The notes: a model not told the origin generated them from the letters alone. Positions 1 through 9,667 are shown, numbered from the stretch's first letter. The stretch: DNA of 64,000 nucleotides from Armatimonadota bacterium (GCA_041690135.1 JAWLHY010000001.1:1344001-1408000); one strand, 5' to 3'. Made by a program: numbers and translations.

Positions 1-649
1 CGTGGTCGGACAGCAGAAGGGCCGCGACGCACAGGAGCGCCACCGGCGCAACTTCGGGATGGCGCGTCCCGAAGGCTATCGCAAAGCCCTGCGCTTGATG
101 AAACTGGCGGAAAAGTTCCACCGCCCGATCATCTGCTTCATCGACACGCCGGCCGCCGACTGTACCGTGCCGAGCGAGGAACGCGGCATCAGCGAGGCGA
201 TTGCGCACAACTTGCAGGAGATGTTCTTGCTGCGCGTGCCCATTATCGTGGTGATTCTCGGCGAAGGCGGCAGTGGTGGAGCCATCGGGATTGGCGTGGG
301 CGACCGGGTGCTCATGTTCGAACACGCCATTTACTCGGTCATCCCGCCGGAAGGGTGTGCGGCCATCATCTGGAAGGACGCAAAGCGCGGTGAGGAGGCG
401 GCGGAAGCGCTCCAGTTGACCGCCGAGGACGCGGTGCGATTTGGCGCTGTTGATGAAATTGTTCCGGAGCCTCTGGGCGGTGCCCATCGCGACCCGGATG
501 CGGCCGGCCGGGAATTACGGGCCGCCCTGGAGCGGCATCTGGCGGAACTGACATCACTGGCATCGGATACGTTGACCGGCACGCGTTACGCGCGGTTTCG
601 GCGACTGGGCGAGTTCGTCGAACTCTCCACGGGTACAGCGGCAAGTTAA
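1..649 (+). CDS. accA: Acetyl-CoA carboxylase carboxyltransferase alpha subunit (5'-truncated by window edge)
   Basis: Motifs RNFGMARPEGYRKALRLM, FIDTP, GEGGSGGA, YSVIPPEGCAAIIW, EPLGGAHRD. Confidence 0.96.
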   Translation, partial: VVGQQKGRDAQERHRRNFGMARPEGYRKALRLMKLAEKFHRPIICFIDTPAADCTVPSEERGISEAIAHNLQEMFLLRVPIIVVILGEGGSGGAIGIGVGDRVLMFEHAIYSVIPPEGCAAIIWKDAKRGEEAAEALQLTAEDAVRFGAVDEIVPEPLGGAHRDPDAAGRELRAALERHLAELTSLASDTLTGTRYARFRRLGEFVELSTGTAAS

Positions 650-697
650 GGATTGCATTCGGCAAGAGGCCCAACTTCCACACCATTGGGAGCAAAC

Positions 698-741
698 AAA
701 AGCGAGCGGGGGAAGGCATTACGCCTTCCCCCGCTCGCTTT
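698..741. terminator. Intrinsic terminator between convergent accA and the sigma gene
   Basis: 19-bp stem AAAGCGAGCGGGGGAAGGC/GCCTTCCCCCGCTCGCTTT with 5-nt loop; U-rich tail on the minus strand. Confidence 0.85.
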
Positions 742-762
742 CCAAATATTCGAAGACGTTTT

Positions 763-1623
763 TCAGCAGGCGCCCACCGCCTCGGCCGCATTCTCTTCAT
801 CTTCGGCTTTCGGCAAAGTTTCGGGGAAGAAAAGGCCGTGCTGGCGCGCCATAAATCCGGAAAGACGGCTGATGGCCTGCGCGTGGAGTTGATGTGCCCG
901 ACTTTCACTCCGTCCCAGGTGCTTCGCGATCTGCTTGAGCGTCCAGCCCTCATAGTAATAGTAGATGACGACGGTGCGCTCCTGGAGCGGCAGCCAACTG
1001 ATGCAACGCATCATCAGCGACTTTTGGCTCTCCACGATCGCCATTGTGTCGGGGTCCGGCTCCTTGCTCTTGACGGACTCGAGCACCACCAGCGGATCGA
1101 GGTCCTCGTGCTCGGAGTCACCCACCACGTCTTCGAGCGAGACCACCTGAAGCACGTTGGCTTCATAGTAGAGCTGGTAGAAGGCGTCAATCGGCATGTC
1201 CAGGTGCCTGGCCATATCGGCATCCGCTACGTGCTGGACGCCGGTAGTGAGCATGAGCTCTTCTTCCGCCCGGTGGAGGAGCTTCTGTTTGGTCCGGACG
1301 CTACGGGGTACCCAATCTTCCCGTCGAAGATACTCGAGCATTGCGCCACGGATCATGGAAATTGCATACGACTCGAATTTCACCTTGCGGCGCGGGTCGA
1401 AATGATCGACGGCCTTCACCAGTGCGATGAGACCTTCTTGTTCAAGATCCTCCGCTGCAATCTTCACGGGGACGGTGGGGATGATGCGCTGTCGCGTCTT
1501 GGTGATCAGGTAGGTGTAATGTTCAATGATGGTGTCGCGGGCGCGGAGCGATCCTCGCTCCTTGAACTCGCGCCAGAGACGGGCAAGCGTGGCAAGCAGT
1601 TCAGCGGAGGTTCGTCTGGACAT
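763..1623 (-). CDS. RNA polymerase sigma factor, FliA/WhiG (sigma-28) family
   Basis: DLEQEGLIALVKAVDHFDP, KFESYA..IRGAMLEYLRREDWVPRSVR, region 4 YYYEGWTLKQIAKHLGRSESRAHQLH. Confidence 0.92.
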   Translation of the reverse strand: MSRRTSAELLATLARLWREFKERGSLRARDTIIEHYTYLITKTRQRIIPTVPVKIAAEDLEQEGLIALVKAVDHFDPRRKVKFESYAISMIRGAMLEYLRREDWVPRSVRTKQKLLHRAEEELMLTTGVQHVADADMARHLDMPIDAFYQLYYEANVLQVVSLEDVVGDSEHEDLDPLVVLESVKSKEPDPDTMAIVESQKSLMMRCISWLPLQERTVVIYYYYEGWTLKQIAKHLGRSESRAHQLHAQAISRLSGFMARQHGLFFPETLPKAEDEENAAEAVGAC

Positions 1624-1819
1624 GGGGCACTGACCTTTTCTCTCGCTTCGACGAAATAGGTGTCTCCGGTAAGGGTGGGCTTTCCGGTACCGGGGGGCAC
1701 GCTTAAGAATTACGAACTAGATATATGTGTGGGTAAGGGTCTAACAAAAACTCGGTAATGGGACCGTCGGATGTTGCTTGCTCCTGGAGCAGCCAAGCCA
1801 GGCCACAAAACCAGGATCC

Positions 1820-2092
1820 TCAGCTTGTTAGAGTGGTAGAGAGGGTCCTGCGCTGGGGGCGCGACCGAGTTAGGAACCTTTCCTGCCGATCCGGATCGGA
1901 ACTTGCCCGGAACCGGAGGGCATCGGCCTTCACTTCCCTGTGGGATGAGGGAGAACGCCGTGACGAGCGAAAGTTCGTCGTGACGGCCGTCTCTTCCTGC
2001 CACATTCTGACACGTTTTTCTGGGGTATGCAGGTTCAAGGTGGAAGGAGATCCATCAGCCGTAAAACGCATCGTTTCGTACATGGCTGCCAT
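1820..2092 (-). CDS. Possible small basic hypothetical protein upstream of the sigma gene
   Basis: ATG at 2092 preceded by AGGA; 90 aa, no recognisable motif. Confidence 0.25.
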   Translation of the reverse strand: MAAMYETMRFTADGSPSTLNLHTPEKRVRMWQEETAVTTNFRSSRRSPSSHREVKADALRFRASSDPDRQERFLTRSRPQRRTLSTTLTS

Positions 2093-2397
2093 TTGATAGG
2101 TCCTGCAGGGCCGTGTGGATGAACACCCTACGTGCTGTTGCGCCGGGGGGAGGGAAGGATTAAGTCCGCTTGGCATATGTTATCAGATCTGACCGTGGCG
2201 CGGGGTTGAAGGTTCCCCACTCCGGTGTACTTTCCAACCATTAGCCACCCGCCCCTTTCCACACTCCATCCATGTGCGTAGTGGGCAGGTCGTTCTTGCG
2301 GTGTGACGGCGGCTGGGGGAGCTGGACGTCACCGATCAAACCTTCGCCGGAAGAGCGAAACGGTGTCAAAAAGTGTCAGACCGCTTTGCCACGGCAT

Positions 2398-2430
2398 AAA
2401 AAAACGGCAATCCAGGGGGATTGCCGTTCT
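2398..2430 (-). terminator. Intrinsic terminator of the tRNA gene
   Basis: Minus strand AACGGCAATC-loop-GATTGCCGTT followed by a T-run. Confidence 0.88.
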
Positions 2431-2444
2431 CGCATTCCAAAATA

Positions 2445-2518
2445 CGCGCCCGGAGGGACTCGAACCCCCGGCCTACAGGTCCGCAACCTGTCGCTCTAAT
2501 CCGCTGAGCTACGGGCGC
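2445..2518 (-). tRNA. tRNA-Arg, anticodon GCG (CCA not encoded)
   Basis: Cloverleaf GCGCCCG-TA-GCTC AGCGGATTA GAGC-G-ACAGG TTGCGGA CCTGT-AGGCC-GGGGG TTCGAGT CCCTC-CGGGCGC-G. Confidence 0.95.
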
Positions 2519-2535
2519 ATCTCAAGTGCAGGCAG

Positions 2536-2564
2536 AGTATAGCATCGCGTCGGAGGGGTGTCAA
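2536..2564 (-). promoter_or_regulatory. Sigma-70 promoter of the tRNA gene
   Basis: TTGACA-17 nt-TATACT with extended -10 TG, just upstream of the tRNA 5' end. Confidence 0.88.
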
Positions 2565-2685
2565 TAGCCTTTGGTGTCTCCGGTGCGGGCATTTTTGGTA
2601 GGGTCCTACGGCCGTGCAAAAATGACCGCCGCGGGGGGCGGCGCGGTGGCGTGATCGCTCCACGCGCCGCGTTGCCGAGGCGCGA

Positions 2686-3687
2686 TCAGGCCGGTCGGGT
2701 CCGGAAGTTGACCCAGGTGTGCACGTGGGGAGCGCCGCGGAAATGCCAGACGAGCGTGGGCCCTTCCAGCCGCCAGATGTCCCACTCCCGGTCGTTTCCG
2801 AGGTCTTCATTCCGGTAGAAGGAGAGGTGGACCGTCTCCAGTCCCCCATTCGCCTGGAGAGCGGCCATGGCCTCGCGAACGTCCGGTTCCCGGTAGGGTG
2901 CGAGCAGCTTCTGCATCACTTTCCCCACTAACTCTCGCTGATCCCGCGATAGCTCACCCGCCGCGACACCGGCAAATCCGTTCTTCTTGAGACGTATCGA
3001 GCTTTCCGCGGGTGCCATCGGGAGGAGCGCCTTCTCGCGCTGCTTGCCGTCCAGGGCCTGGAAAACCTCATTCGCCACCTGGGTCTGGTAGTAAAAGAGG
3101 TTGGCCTTTTCGTTTCCGGTGGCCCCATGGCCATAGATGACCGGCCCGCCGAACACCGCGTCGGGAAGGGTGTTCCCATCCGCCCGCAGCGTGAGGTGCC
3201 GCCCGGTCAACAACCAGGAAGGGGTGCCGCCTTCGGGTGTGCCGAACAGCGCGCAGCTAAAGTGCTCGAGCCCGCCGGAGTCATCCTTCATCTGCCGGAG
3301 GAAGAGGTCGTAGCCCTCTTCGGAGGTCACCCCCCGCACGATTTCATGGATGATCCGTTGCTGTTCGGGCGTGTAAAGCTGGCCGATCTGTTGCGGGATC
3401 ACGTGCCAGTTAGCGCCCGCGCGCGTGAGCCGCGGATCCGTGGCGGGAAGGAACGCCACCTTCTTCTGTTCGGCCGTCAGGCTTTCCAATAGCCGCTTTA
3501 CGGAGGCTTCGGCGGGTGGGACCTTGGTCCCCTTGGCTACCGGCTCCGCGGCGTGGGCACGGGGCCAACCGGCGATCCCGCCGGCGGCCGCGGCCAGGGC
3601 GGTCGCCCCTGCACCCAGGATCAGTTTGCGCCGACCCGGGTTTGGCTCGCACTCTGGGCAAGTATTCTTCGAGACGTCTCTGTCCAT
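2686..3687 (-). CDS. DUF3500-like exported protein with twin-arginine signal
   Basis: GRRKLILGAGATALAAA..AHA signal; LTGRHLTLRADG, WDIWRLEGPTLVWHFRGAPHVHTW; RBS GGAGA. Confidence 0.7.
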   Translation of the reverse strand: MDRDVSKNTCPECEPNPGRRKLILGAGATALAAAAGGIAGWPRAHAAEPVAKGTKVPPAEASVKRLLESLTAEQKKVAFLPATDPRLTRAGANWHVIPQQIGQLYTPEQQRIIHEIVRGVTSEEGYDLFLRQMKDDSGGLEHFSCALFGTPEGGTPSWLLTGRHLTLRADGNTLPDAVFGGPVIYGHGATGNEKANLFYYQTQVANEVFQALDGKQREKALLPMAPAESSIRLKKNGFAGVAAGELSRDQRELVGKVMQKLLAPYREPDVREAMAALQANGGLETVHLSFYRNEDLGNDREWDIWRLEGPTLVWHFRGAPHVHTWVNFRTRPA

Positions 3688-3817
3688 GATCTTTCTCCAG
3701 CTTCCGGCCTGGGCAGGCACAACTGCTTGGGGAGGTGAGAGCCCGCGGCGGGTCCCGGACCGGACAGCCGTCGAGCCCTTTCACGGATGAGACAGCACAG
3801 GGTGCTCGGGGTTTCGC

Positions 3818-5104
3818 CTACTCCACCCTGGCTCCGGCATCGATCCAGGCTCGTAGCAGGGCGAGTTGTTCCCGGGTAGGTTCGCGGTCGGGGGGCATCC
3901 GGGGGTTGCGATCTCCCGTCATCGTCAAGTAGAACAGGCTTTCTCCGCTGTTTCCAGGCACCAGGGCCGGCCCACGGTTTCCACCGGCCAGTAGCCGCTC
4001 CCGGGTCTCGACAGAGAAGCCGCTAAGTGCCCGCCCATCCTTGTGGCAGGAGAGACAGTTCGCTTCAAGAAACGGCTTCACATCCCTGCGGTAGTTGACG
4101 GTACGACCGGCGGGAATGACGCGGACGACCTGGCCCGGTTTCAGAGGCGCCAGTGGGCCCCGTAGGTCGAGTAGGTTGCCGCCGGAGCCCGTCGAGGCCT
4201 TTTGTACCTGGACCAGCGCTCCGGCGGCATCACGAGGAGCCTCGACGGGCACTATGCGGACCTTTGCCATCGGGTTGAGTTGTTGAGGCCAGCCTGCGAA
4301 ATCGGGAAACAATTGGAGCTTGCCGCTGGTGCCGGTAACATCCTTCACATACGCCGGCGCGCCCTCCACATTGGCCCGTGCGATCATCCGAAGGGTTTGC
4401 TGCCTCTGAAACCGCGCAAGCGTTGCTGCGTCCAGTACCTCCCGCGCCATGCGAGGAGCATTCCCTCGGTATCCGCTATTGACCCACACCTTCGTTCCAG
4501 GCGCAACTTTGAACACGTACACCGGGTTCTCGTTCAACACCAGGCGGGTATCCCGCCCATATTCCAGGGTCAGGCGGTCCGGCAGCGCCTCCCTTTTCTC
4601 CACCTGAATACGTTCGGCGGTTAAGGTGTAATTGAGGGTATCCTGGCCGACGATCCGGTAACACTGGCCGCTTTGCACCTGCTGGGAGATCTCATCTCGC
4701 ATTTCGAGTAGATAGCTCGATGCGGGATGGGGCGCCTGATCGTTCCTGCCCGCCAGGGTCAACAGCACGCGCTCGCCGGCCGGGAAGTCTTCGGCTGCCG
4801 CGCCAGGCTCGCCGAAGCGCCAGAGGGAGGCATAAGGGAGAAACCGAAAGCGGTAAGTTTTCCGGTCCGCCTCTCCCCGGGCGATCCCGAAGCCGGCTTT
4901 GCCGTTGAGCGTCTCCAGCACCGCCCAGATCGGCTGCTTACCTTCCGCTTGCAGGAACCAGCCCGGCGGCGGGTCCGCCGGCAAGCAGGCCGATGCCGGT
5001 GGCAATCCGGTTGCCTGCGCCCGGGCACCCGGCGTCTGGACCCACGTGAGCCCGGTAACCAGCAGGAGCAGCGCCGCGCCGAGGCAGTGTCGTTTGACCC
5101 CCAT
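3818..5104 (-). CDS. Secreted protein with C-terminal planctomycete-type cytochrome c domain
   Basis: Signal peptide; VNYRRDVKPFLEANCLSCH...GPALVPGNSGESL...RMPP...LLRAWIDAGA. Confidence 0.75.
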   Translation of the reverse strand: MGVKRHCLGAALLLLVTGLTWVQTPGARAQATGLPPASACLPADPPPGWFLQAEGKQPIWAVLETLNGKAGFGIARGEADRKTYRFRFLPYASLWRFGEPGAAAEDFPAGERVLLTLAGRNDQAPHPASSYLLEMRDEISQQVQSGQCYRIVGQDTLNYTLTAERIQVEKREALPDRLTLEYGRDTRLVLNENPVYVFKVAPGTKVWVNSGYRGNAPRMAREVLDAATLARFQRQQTLRMIARANVEGAPAYVKDVTGTSGKLQLFPDFAGWPQQLNPMAKVRIVPVEAPRDAAGALVQVQKASTGSGGNLLDLRGPLAPLKPGQVVRVIPAGRTVNYRRDVKPFLEANCLSCHKDGRALSGFSVETRERLLAGGNRGPALVPGNSGESLFYLTMTGDRNPRMPPDREPTREQLALLRAWIDAGARVE

Positions 5105-5566
5105 GTTTCCCTCCCCTTCCAACCCGTCTTGGCACGTCCGAGGGCATCTCTAGCCTTCCACACGACCCCAGGGTTATCCTTTGTCTTTCAGGCGCCTGGA
5201 CTTCCGCTGGGTGCAGGAGGCCGGTGGGTGTGCGGTACGGGGTGCAGAGGCAGTGATCGCGAGGGCTAACGCCGGTAGAGCGGCGGGGGTGGCAGAACGG
5301 GAGGCCGGGGCCGGGTCGCGAAACGCCGATGCAATCGGCGAGTCCACGCTAAGGGCCAAGACCAGCACGGGGGGGCATAGCGGGGGCCGGAGCGATGGTC
5401 GCAAGGAGATCCGTCGCTCCGCCCGTACGGGCTCCGCCCAGAAGGACGCAACCCACTATGGGGTGTGCAATTAACTGGGCAGGTACCGTACCCCTAGCCC
5501 CAGGGGGACTCCAAACCTCGACCGCTCGTCCCGCGCACTTCGCCCCTCATGCTTCGCACCTCGCCC

Positions 5567-5643
5567 CAACCTTCAACCTTCAACCTTTAGCCCCCGAGGG
5601 GGGCTGCCAACCTTCAACCTTCAACCTGCAAACCTTCCAACCT
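5567..5643. repeat. Heptamer tandem repeats (CAACCTT)n in two blocks around a small GC hairpin
   Basis: CAACCTT x3, then AGCCCCC-GA-GGGGGGCT, then CAACCTT x2 plus degenerate copies. Confidence 0.8.
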
Positions 5644-5796
5644 GGCACCCACCCCTGTTCGCTAGTAGCAGCCCAGGTTTTCAGGGGACTCGCCACGGAG
5701 AGCGGGGGTGCGGTAAACTCAACGCTGCCGGTTAGCGGCCGGCGGCTGCCAAGAGGCTTAGCTAGCAGCCCCGTCCCTCACTCACCCAAGGTATTC

Positions 5797-6201
5797 ATGG
5801 TTCTTTACGATCCCCAGGGCACTCTCGTCAGGGTGGCCGCACTGGTAACAGCGGCCGGAATGCTCTGGGCGATGGTGGCGGTGAGCCTGATCTACCTGGG
5901 ATCGACGCGCCTGGAACCCCGGATTCCCCAGGGGCAGATCTGGGCTCGCTGGCGGGAGCGGCGTATCCTCTGGGGGGCGAGCCTCATCCTGACGTTTTCC
6001 GCGACGTTACTCACCGCGGACGCGATCTGGAGACAGGTCGCCTACCCGGACCTTTACTGGCAGGCCCGGGTAGGTGAAATCACGATGATCGCGATGACAG
6101 GAGCGGCAGCGGCGTACTTGCTGGTGCTGCTGCTCTTTGTGCTGGCACCTCTGCTCCACCGTGCCCGTAGGGGCCGTTTGCGGCGTCCGCCGGGCCGGTA
6201 G
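5797..6201 (+). CDS. Hypothetical membrane protein (about 3 TM helices)
   Basis: Three hydrophobic stretches and a basic C-terminal tail; start MVLYDPQG chosen by eye. Confidence 0.55.
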   Translation: MVLYDPQGTLVRVAALVTAAGMLWAMVAVSLIYLGSTRLEPRIPQGQIWARWRERRILWGASLILTFSATLLTADAIWRQVAYPDLYWQARVGEITMIAMTGAAAAYLLVLLLFVLAPLLHRARRGRLRRPPGR

Positions 6202-6211
6202 AGAACAGGAT

Positions 6212-9200
6212 CTACTCGAAAACCACCAGCAGGTCACCGGTATCGATGCGGTCGCCCGGCCGCACCAGCACCTCTTTGACGGTGCCGCGCACGGGGCTGT
6301 TGATGTACATCTGGACCTTCATCGCCTCGATCGCGATCAGCAGGTCATCCTTCTCCACTGCCTGGCCCGGCTTGACCGCCACCTCCACCACGGCGCCGGG
6401 CATCGGTGCGCCCACGTGGTGCATGTTGTCGGCCTGAGCTTTCGGATGCCGTTTCACTTCGGCCGCCGCCTTGCGATCCGGAACCTTGACTTCACGCGGA
6501 TGGCCGTTCAGCTCGAAGAAGAGGGTGACCATTCCTTCTGCGTCGACTTCCGTGCGGGTGACGAGCTTGATGAAGAGCGTTTTGCCCTTCTCGATCTCGA
6601 CTTCCGTTTCGTCGCCGGGCTCCATTCCATAGAAGAACACATCGGTGGGAATGTAGCCGACCTCCCCGTACTCCTTCCGGAAGGCGGCGAAGTCCAGGAA
6701 CACCCGCGGGTACATCAGGTAGGACATCACGTCCAACTGGCTCGCGTTCCGCGCGAGCTTCTGGGTCAGCTCGCGGTGGACCTCGTCGAAGTCCACCGGC
6801 GGCAACAGCGCGCCCCAGCGGCCCTCGACCGGCTTCTGGCCCTTGAGCACCACTTCCTGGAGGCGCTGCGGGAAGCCGCCTTCCGGGAAACCGATCTCCC
6901 CCGCGAATAGCCCAACCACCGACTGCGGGAATTGGATTTCTTCGCCCCGTTGCAGCACCTCTTCCGGCGAGAGGTTGTGGGTGAGCATGTACAGGGCGAG
7001 GTCCCCCACGACTTTGCTGGACGGGGTCACCTTCACGATATCGCCGAGCATTTCGTTCACGACGGCGTACATCCGCTTCAACTCCGGAAGCCGGTCGCCC
7101 AGACCCATGGCTTCTGCCTGCGGGCGCAGGTTGGAGTACTGCCCGCCGGGGATCTCGTGGAGGTAGACATCGCCCGAGTTGGACTTGAGATCGCTTTCGA
7201 ACGGCGCGTAGTACTCGCGGACTACCTGCCAGTAGTCCGCGTGACGGAGCAATGCGTCGAAGTCGAGACCGGTGTCCCGCTTCTGCCGCTGGAGTGCCGC
7301 TACCAGGGCCTCCAGGCTGGGCTGGCTGGTGAGGCCGGACATCGAGCTGATCGCCACATCCACCACATCCACGCCTGCCTCCGCGGCGAAGAGCAGCGAG
7401 GCCATCTGGCCGCCGGCGGTATCGTGGGTGTGGAAGTGGACGGGGAGCCCCGTTTCTTCCTTGAGCGCGCGGACCAGCACCTGCGCCGCGTAAGGGCGCA
7501 GGAGGCCCGCCATGTCCTTGATGGCCAGCATGGTGGCGCCGGCCGCCTGCAACTCCCGGGCCAGCCGCAGGTAGTAGTTGAGATCGAACTTTTGCCGTGC
7601 CGGGTCGAACAGGTCGCCAGTGTAGCAGATCGTCGCCTCGGCGATCGCCCCGGCTTCGCGCACCGCCTCGATGGCCGGGATCATGGCCGGGACGTAGTTC
7701 AGCGAGTCGAAGATGCGGAAGAGGTCGATCCCCTCGCGGGCCGCCACGCGTACGAACTCCCGGACTACGTTATCGGGATAGTTGGTGTAGCCGACGGCGT
7801 TGGAGCCGCGCAAGAGCATCTGGAAGAGGATGCCGGGGATCCGCTCGCGGAGCTCGGCGAGCCGCTCCCACGGGCATTCGTAAAGGAAGCGCATCGCCAC
7901 GTCGAAGGTCGCCCCACCCCACATCTCCAGCGAGAACATCTGGGGAAAGTCCCGCTGGATGGCATCGGCCACGCGCAGCATGTCGTGCGTGCGCAGGCGG
8001 GTCGCCAGGAGCGACTGGTGGGCGTCGCGCAGCGTGGTGTCGGTGACCAGCAGGCGCTGCTCATCGCGCACCCAGTCGGCGAACTTGTCCGGTCCCAGCC
8101 GCTTCAACACGTCCCGCGCGCCTTCCACGCGGGGCGCGTTTCCATTCCCATGAGCGCCAAGTGGGACCGGCGCCGCGCGTAGCTTTCGGGGTTTCGCGCC
8201 GGCCGGGACGGTGGGATTCCCATTGACGATGACATCCCCGATGAACCGCAGCAGGCGGCTGGCCCGGTCGCCCCTTTGCGTGAACTGGAACAGTTCCGGC
8301 GTATCCTGGATGAAGGTGGTGGTGCACTGCCCGGCGAGGAAGGCCGGGTGGCGAATGACGTTCTCCAGGAAGGGGATGTTCGTCTTCACGCCGCGGACCC
8401 GGAACTCACTGAGAGCCCGGTGCAGTCGAGCGCAGGTGTCCGGGAAAGTCAGGCTCGATGCGGAAAGCTTCACGAGTAGGGAATCGTAGAACGGCGTGAT
8501 GATCGCGCCGGTAAACGCCGTGCCGCCATCCAGACGGATTCCGAAACCCGCCGCCGAGCGGTAGTGGGTGATCCTGCCGTAGTCCGGAATGAAGTTGTTC
8601 GCCGGATCCTCCGTGGTGATCCGGCATTGGATGGCGAACCCGCGCATCTCCACGGCATCCTGGCTCGGGATGTTGATGGTGGGGTCCGAGAGCGGGCGCC
8701 CTTCGGCGATCCGGATCTGCGCCTTGACGATGTCGACCCCGGTGATCATCTCGGTGACGGTGTGCTCCACCTGGATGCGGGGGTTCATCTCGATAAAGTA
8801 CCAGGCGCCGCTGCCGTCCACGAGGAACTCCACGGTGCCGGCGTTCCGGTAACCGGTGTCTTTCGCCAGCCGGACCGCGGCCTCGCAGAGGGCCTCACGC
8901 AGTTCCGGATCGATTGACGGACTCGGAGCGATCTCGATGACCTTCTGGTGACGCCGCTGGACGGAACAGTCGCGCTCGAAGAGATGGACGGTGTTCCCGA
9001 AGCCGTCCGCCAGCACCTGCACCTCGATGTGCTTGGGGCTGGCCAGGTACTTCTCCAGGAAGATCTCTCCCTTCCCGAACGCCGCCTCCGCCTCGCGGGA
9101 GGCCGCGGTGAAATGTTCGGCCAACTCGCGGGCGTCGTTGGCTACGCGCATTCCGCGTCCGCCCCCGCCGAACGAAGCCTTCAGAATGACGGGATAGCCC

Positions 9201-9667
9201 ACCCCATCGGCCCAAGCGACGGCGGCATCTGGGCTGGGCAGCGGCTGATCGGTACCGGGAACCACCGGAATCCCCAGGGCTTGGGCGCGACGCCGAGCGG
9301 CTGTCTTATCGCCCATTGCCTCCAGCACTTCCGGCGTGGGGCCGATGAACACGATACCGGCCTGCTCGCATGCACGCGCGAAATCCGCGTTCTCCGAGAG
9401 AAAGCCGTAGCCGGGATGGATCGCGTCCGCCTCGTGTTCTTTCGCGATCGCGACGATGGTATCGATGTCGAGGTACGCTTTGAGCGGATCCCGTTTTTCC
9501 GGCAGCGCGTAGGTCTCATCCGCCTTGTAGCGGTGCAGGGCCCCTCGGTCTTCCTTGGAGAAGATGGCGATCGTGCGGATATCCAACTCCGCGCAGGCGC
9601 GGAAGATGCGGATGGCGATTTCGCTGCGGTTGGCGACCAGGATACGTTGGAAAGAGCGTACGGACAT
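6212..9667 (-). CDS. pyc: Pyruvate carboxylase
   Basis: BC domain (ILVANRSEIA, HPGYGFLSE, ERDCSVQRRHQK), CT domain (RDAHQSLLATR, EMWGGATFD), biotinyl motif EAMK. Confidence 0.97.
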   Translation of the reverse strand: MSVRSFQRILVANRSEIAIRIFRACAELDIRTIAIFSKEDRGALHRYKADETYALPEKRDPLKAYLDIDTIVAIAKEHEADAIHPGYGFLSENADFARACEQAGIVFIGPTPEVLEAMGDKTAARRRAQALGIPVVPGTDQPLPSPDAAVAWADGVGYPVILKASFGGGGRGMRVANDARELAEHFTAASREAEAAFGKGEIFLEKYLASPKHIEVQVLADGFGNTVHLFERDCSVQRRHQKVIEIAPSPSIDPELREALCEAAVRLAKDTGYRNAGTVEFLVDGSGAWYFIEMNPRIQVEHTVTEMITGVDIVKAQIRIAEGRPLSDPTINIPSQDAVEMRGFAIQCRITTEDPANNFIPDYGRITHYRSAAGFGIRLDGGTAFTGAIITPFYDSLLVKLSASSLTFPDTCARLHRALSEFRVRGVKTNIPFLENVIRHPAFLAGQCTTTFIQDTPELFQFTQRGDRASRLLRFIGDVIVNGNPTVPAGAKPRKLRAAPVPLGAHGNGNAPRVEGARDVLKRLGPDKFADWVRDEQRLLVTDTTLRDAHQSLLATRLRTHDMLRVADAIQRDFPQMFSLEMWGGATFDVAMRFLYECPWERLAELRERIPGILFQMLLRGSNAVGYTNYPDNVVREFVRVAAREGIDLFRIFDSLNYVPAMIPAIEAVREAGAIAEATICYTGDLFDPARQKFDLNYYLRLARELQAAGATMLAIKDMAGLLRPYAAQVLVRALKEETGLPVHFHTHDTAGGQMASLLFAAEAGVDVVDVAISSMSGLTSQPSLEALVAALQRQKRDTGLDFDALLRHADYWQVVREYYAPFESDLKSNSGDVYLHEIPGGQYSNLRPQAEAMGLGDRLPELKRMYAVVNEMLGDIVKVTPSSKVVGDLALYMLTHNLSPEEVLQRGEEIQFPQSVVGLFAGEIGFPEGGFPQRLQEVVLKGQKPVEGRWGALLPPVDFDEVHRELTQKLARNASQLDVMSYLMYPRVFLDFAAFRKEYGEVGYIPTDVFFYGMEPGDETEVEIEKGKTLFIKLVTRTEVDAEGMVTLFFELNGHPREVKVPDRKAAAEVKRHPKAQADNMHHVGAPMPGAVVEVAVKPGQAVEKDDLLIAIEAMKVQMYINSPVRGTVKEVLVRPGDRIDTGDLLVVFE

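Noticed and set aside
1955-1990. Hammerhead ribozyme or other ncRNA (GACGAGC-GAAA-GTTCGTC hairpin)
   Set aside because: Single hairpin; no CUGAUGA/GAAAC catalytic core
1820-2092. FlgM anti-sigma factor next to sigma-28
   Set aside because: Size fits, but the conserved C-terminal KV..LK..I..G.Y motif is absent
2300-2445. Prophage or ICE integrated at the tRNA-Arg 3' end
   Set aside because: No integrase and no duplicated tRNA 3' end seen in the window
5174-5404. DUF2946-like small protein
   Set aside because: No CxxC or RAPP motif, no RBS, low-complexity sequence
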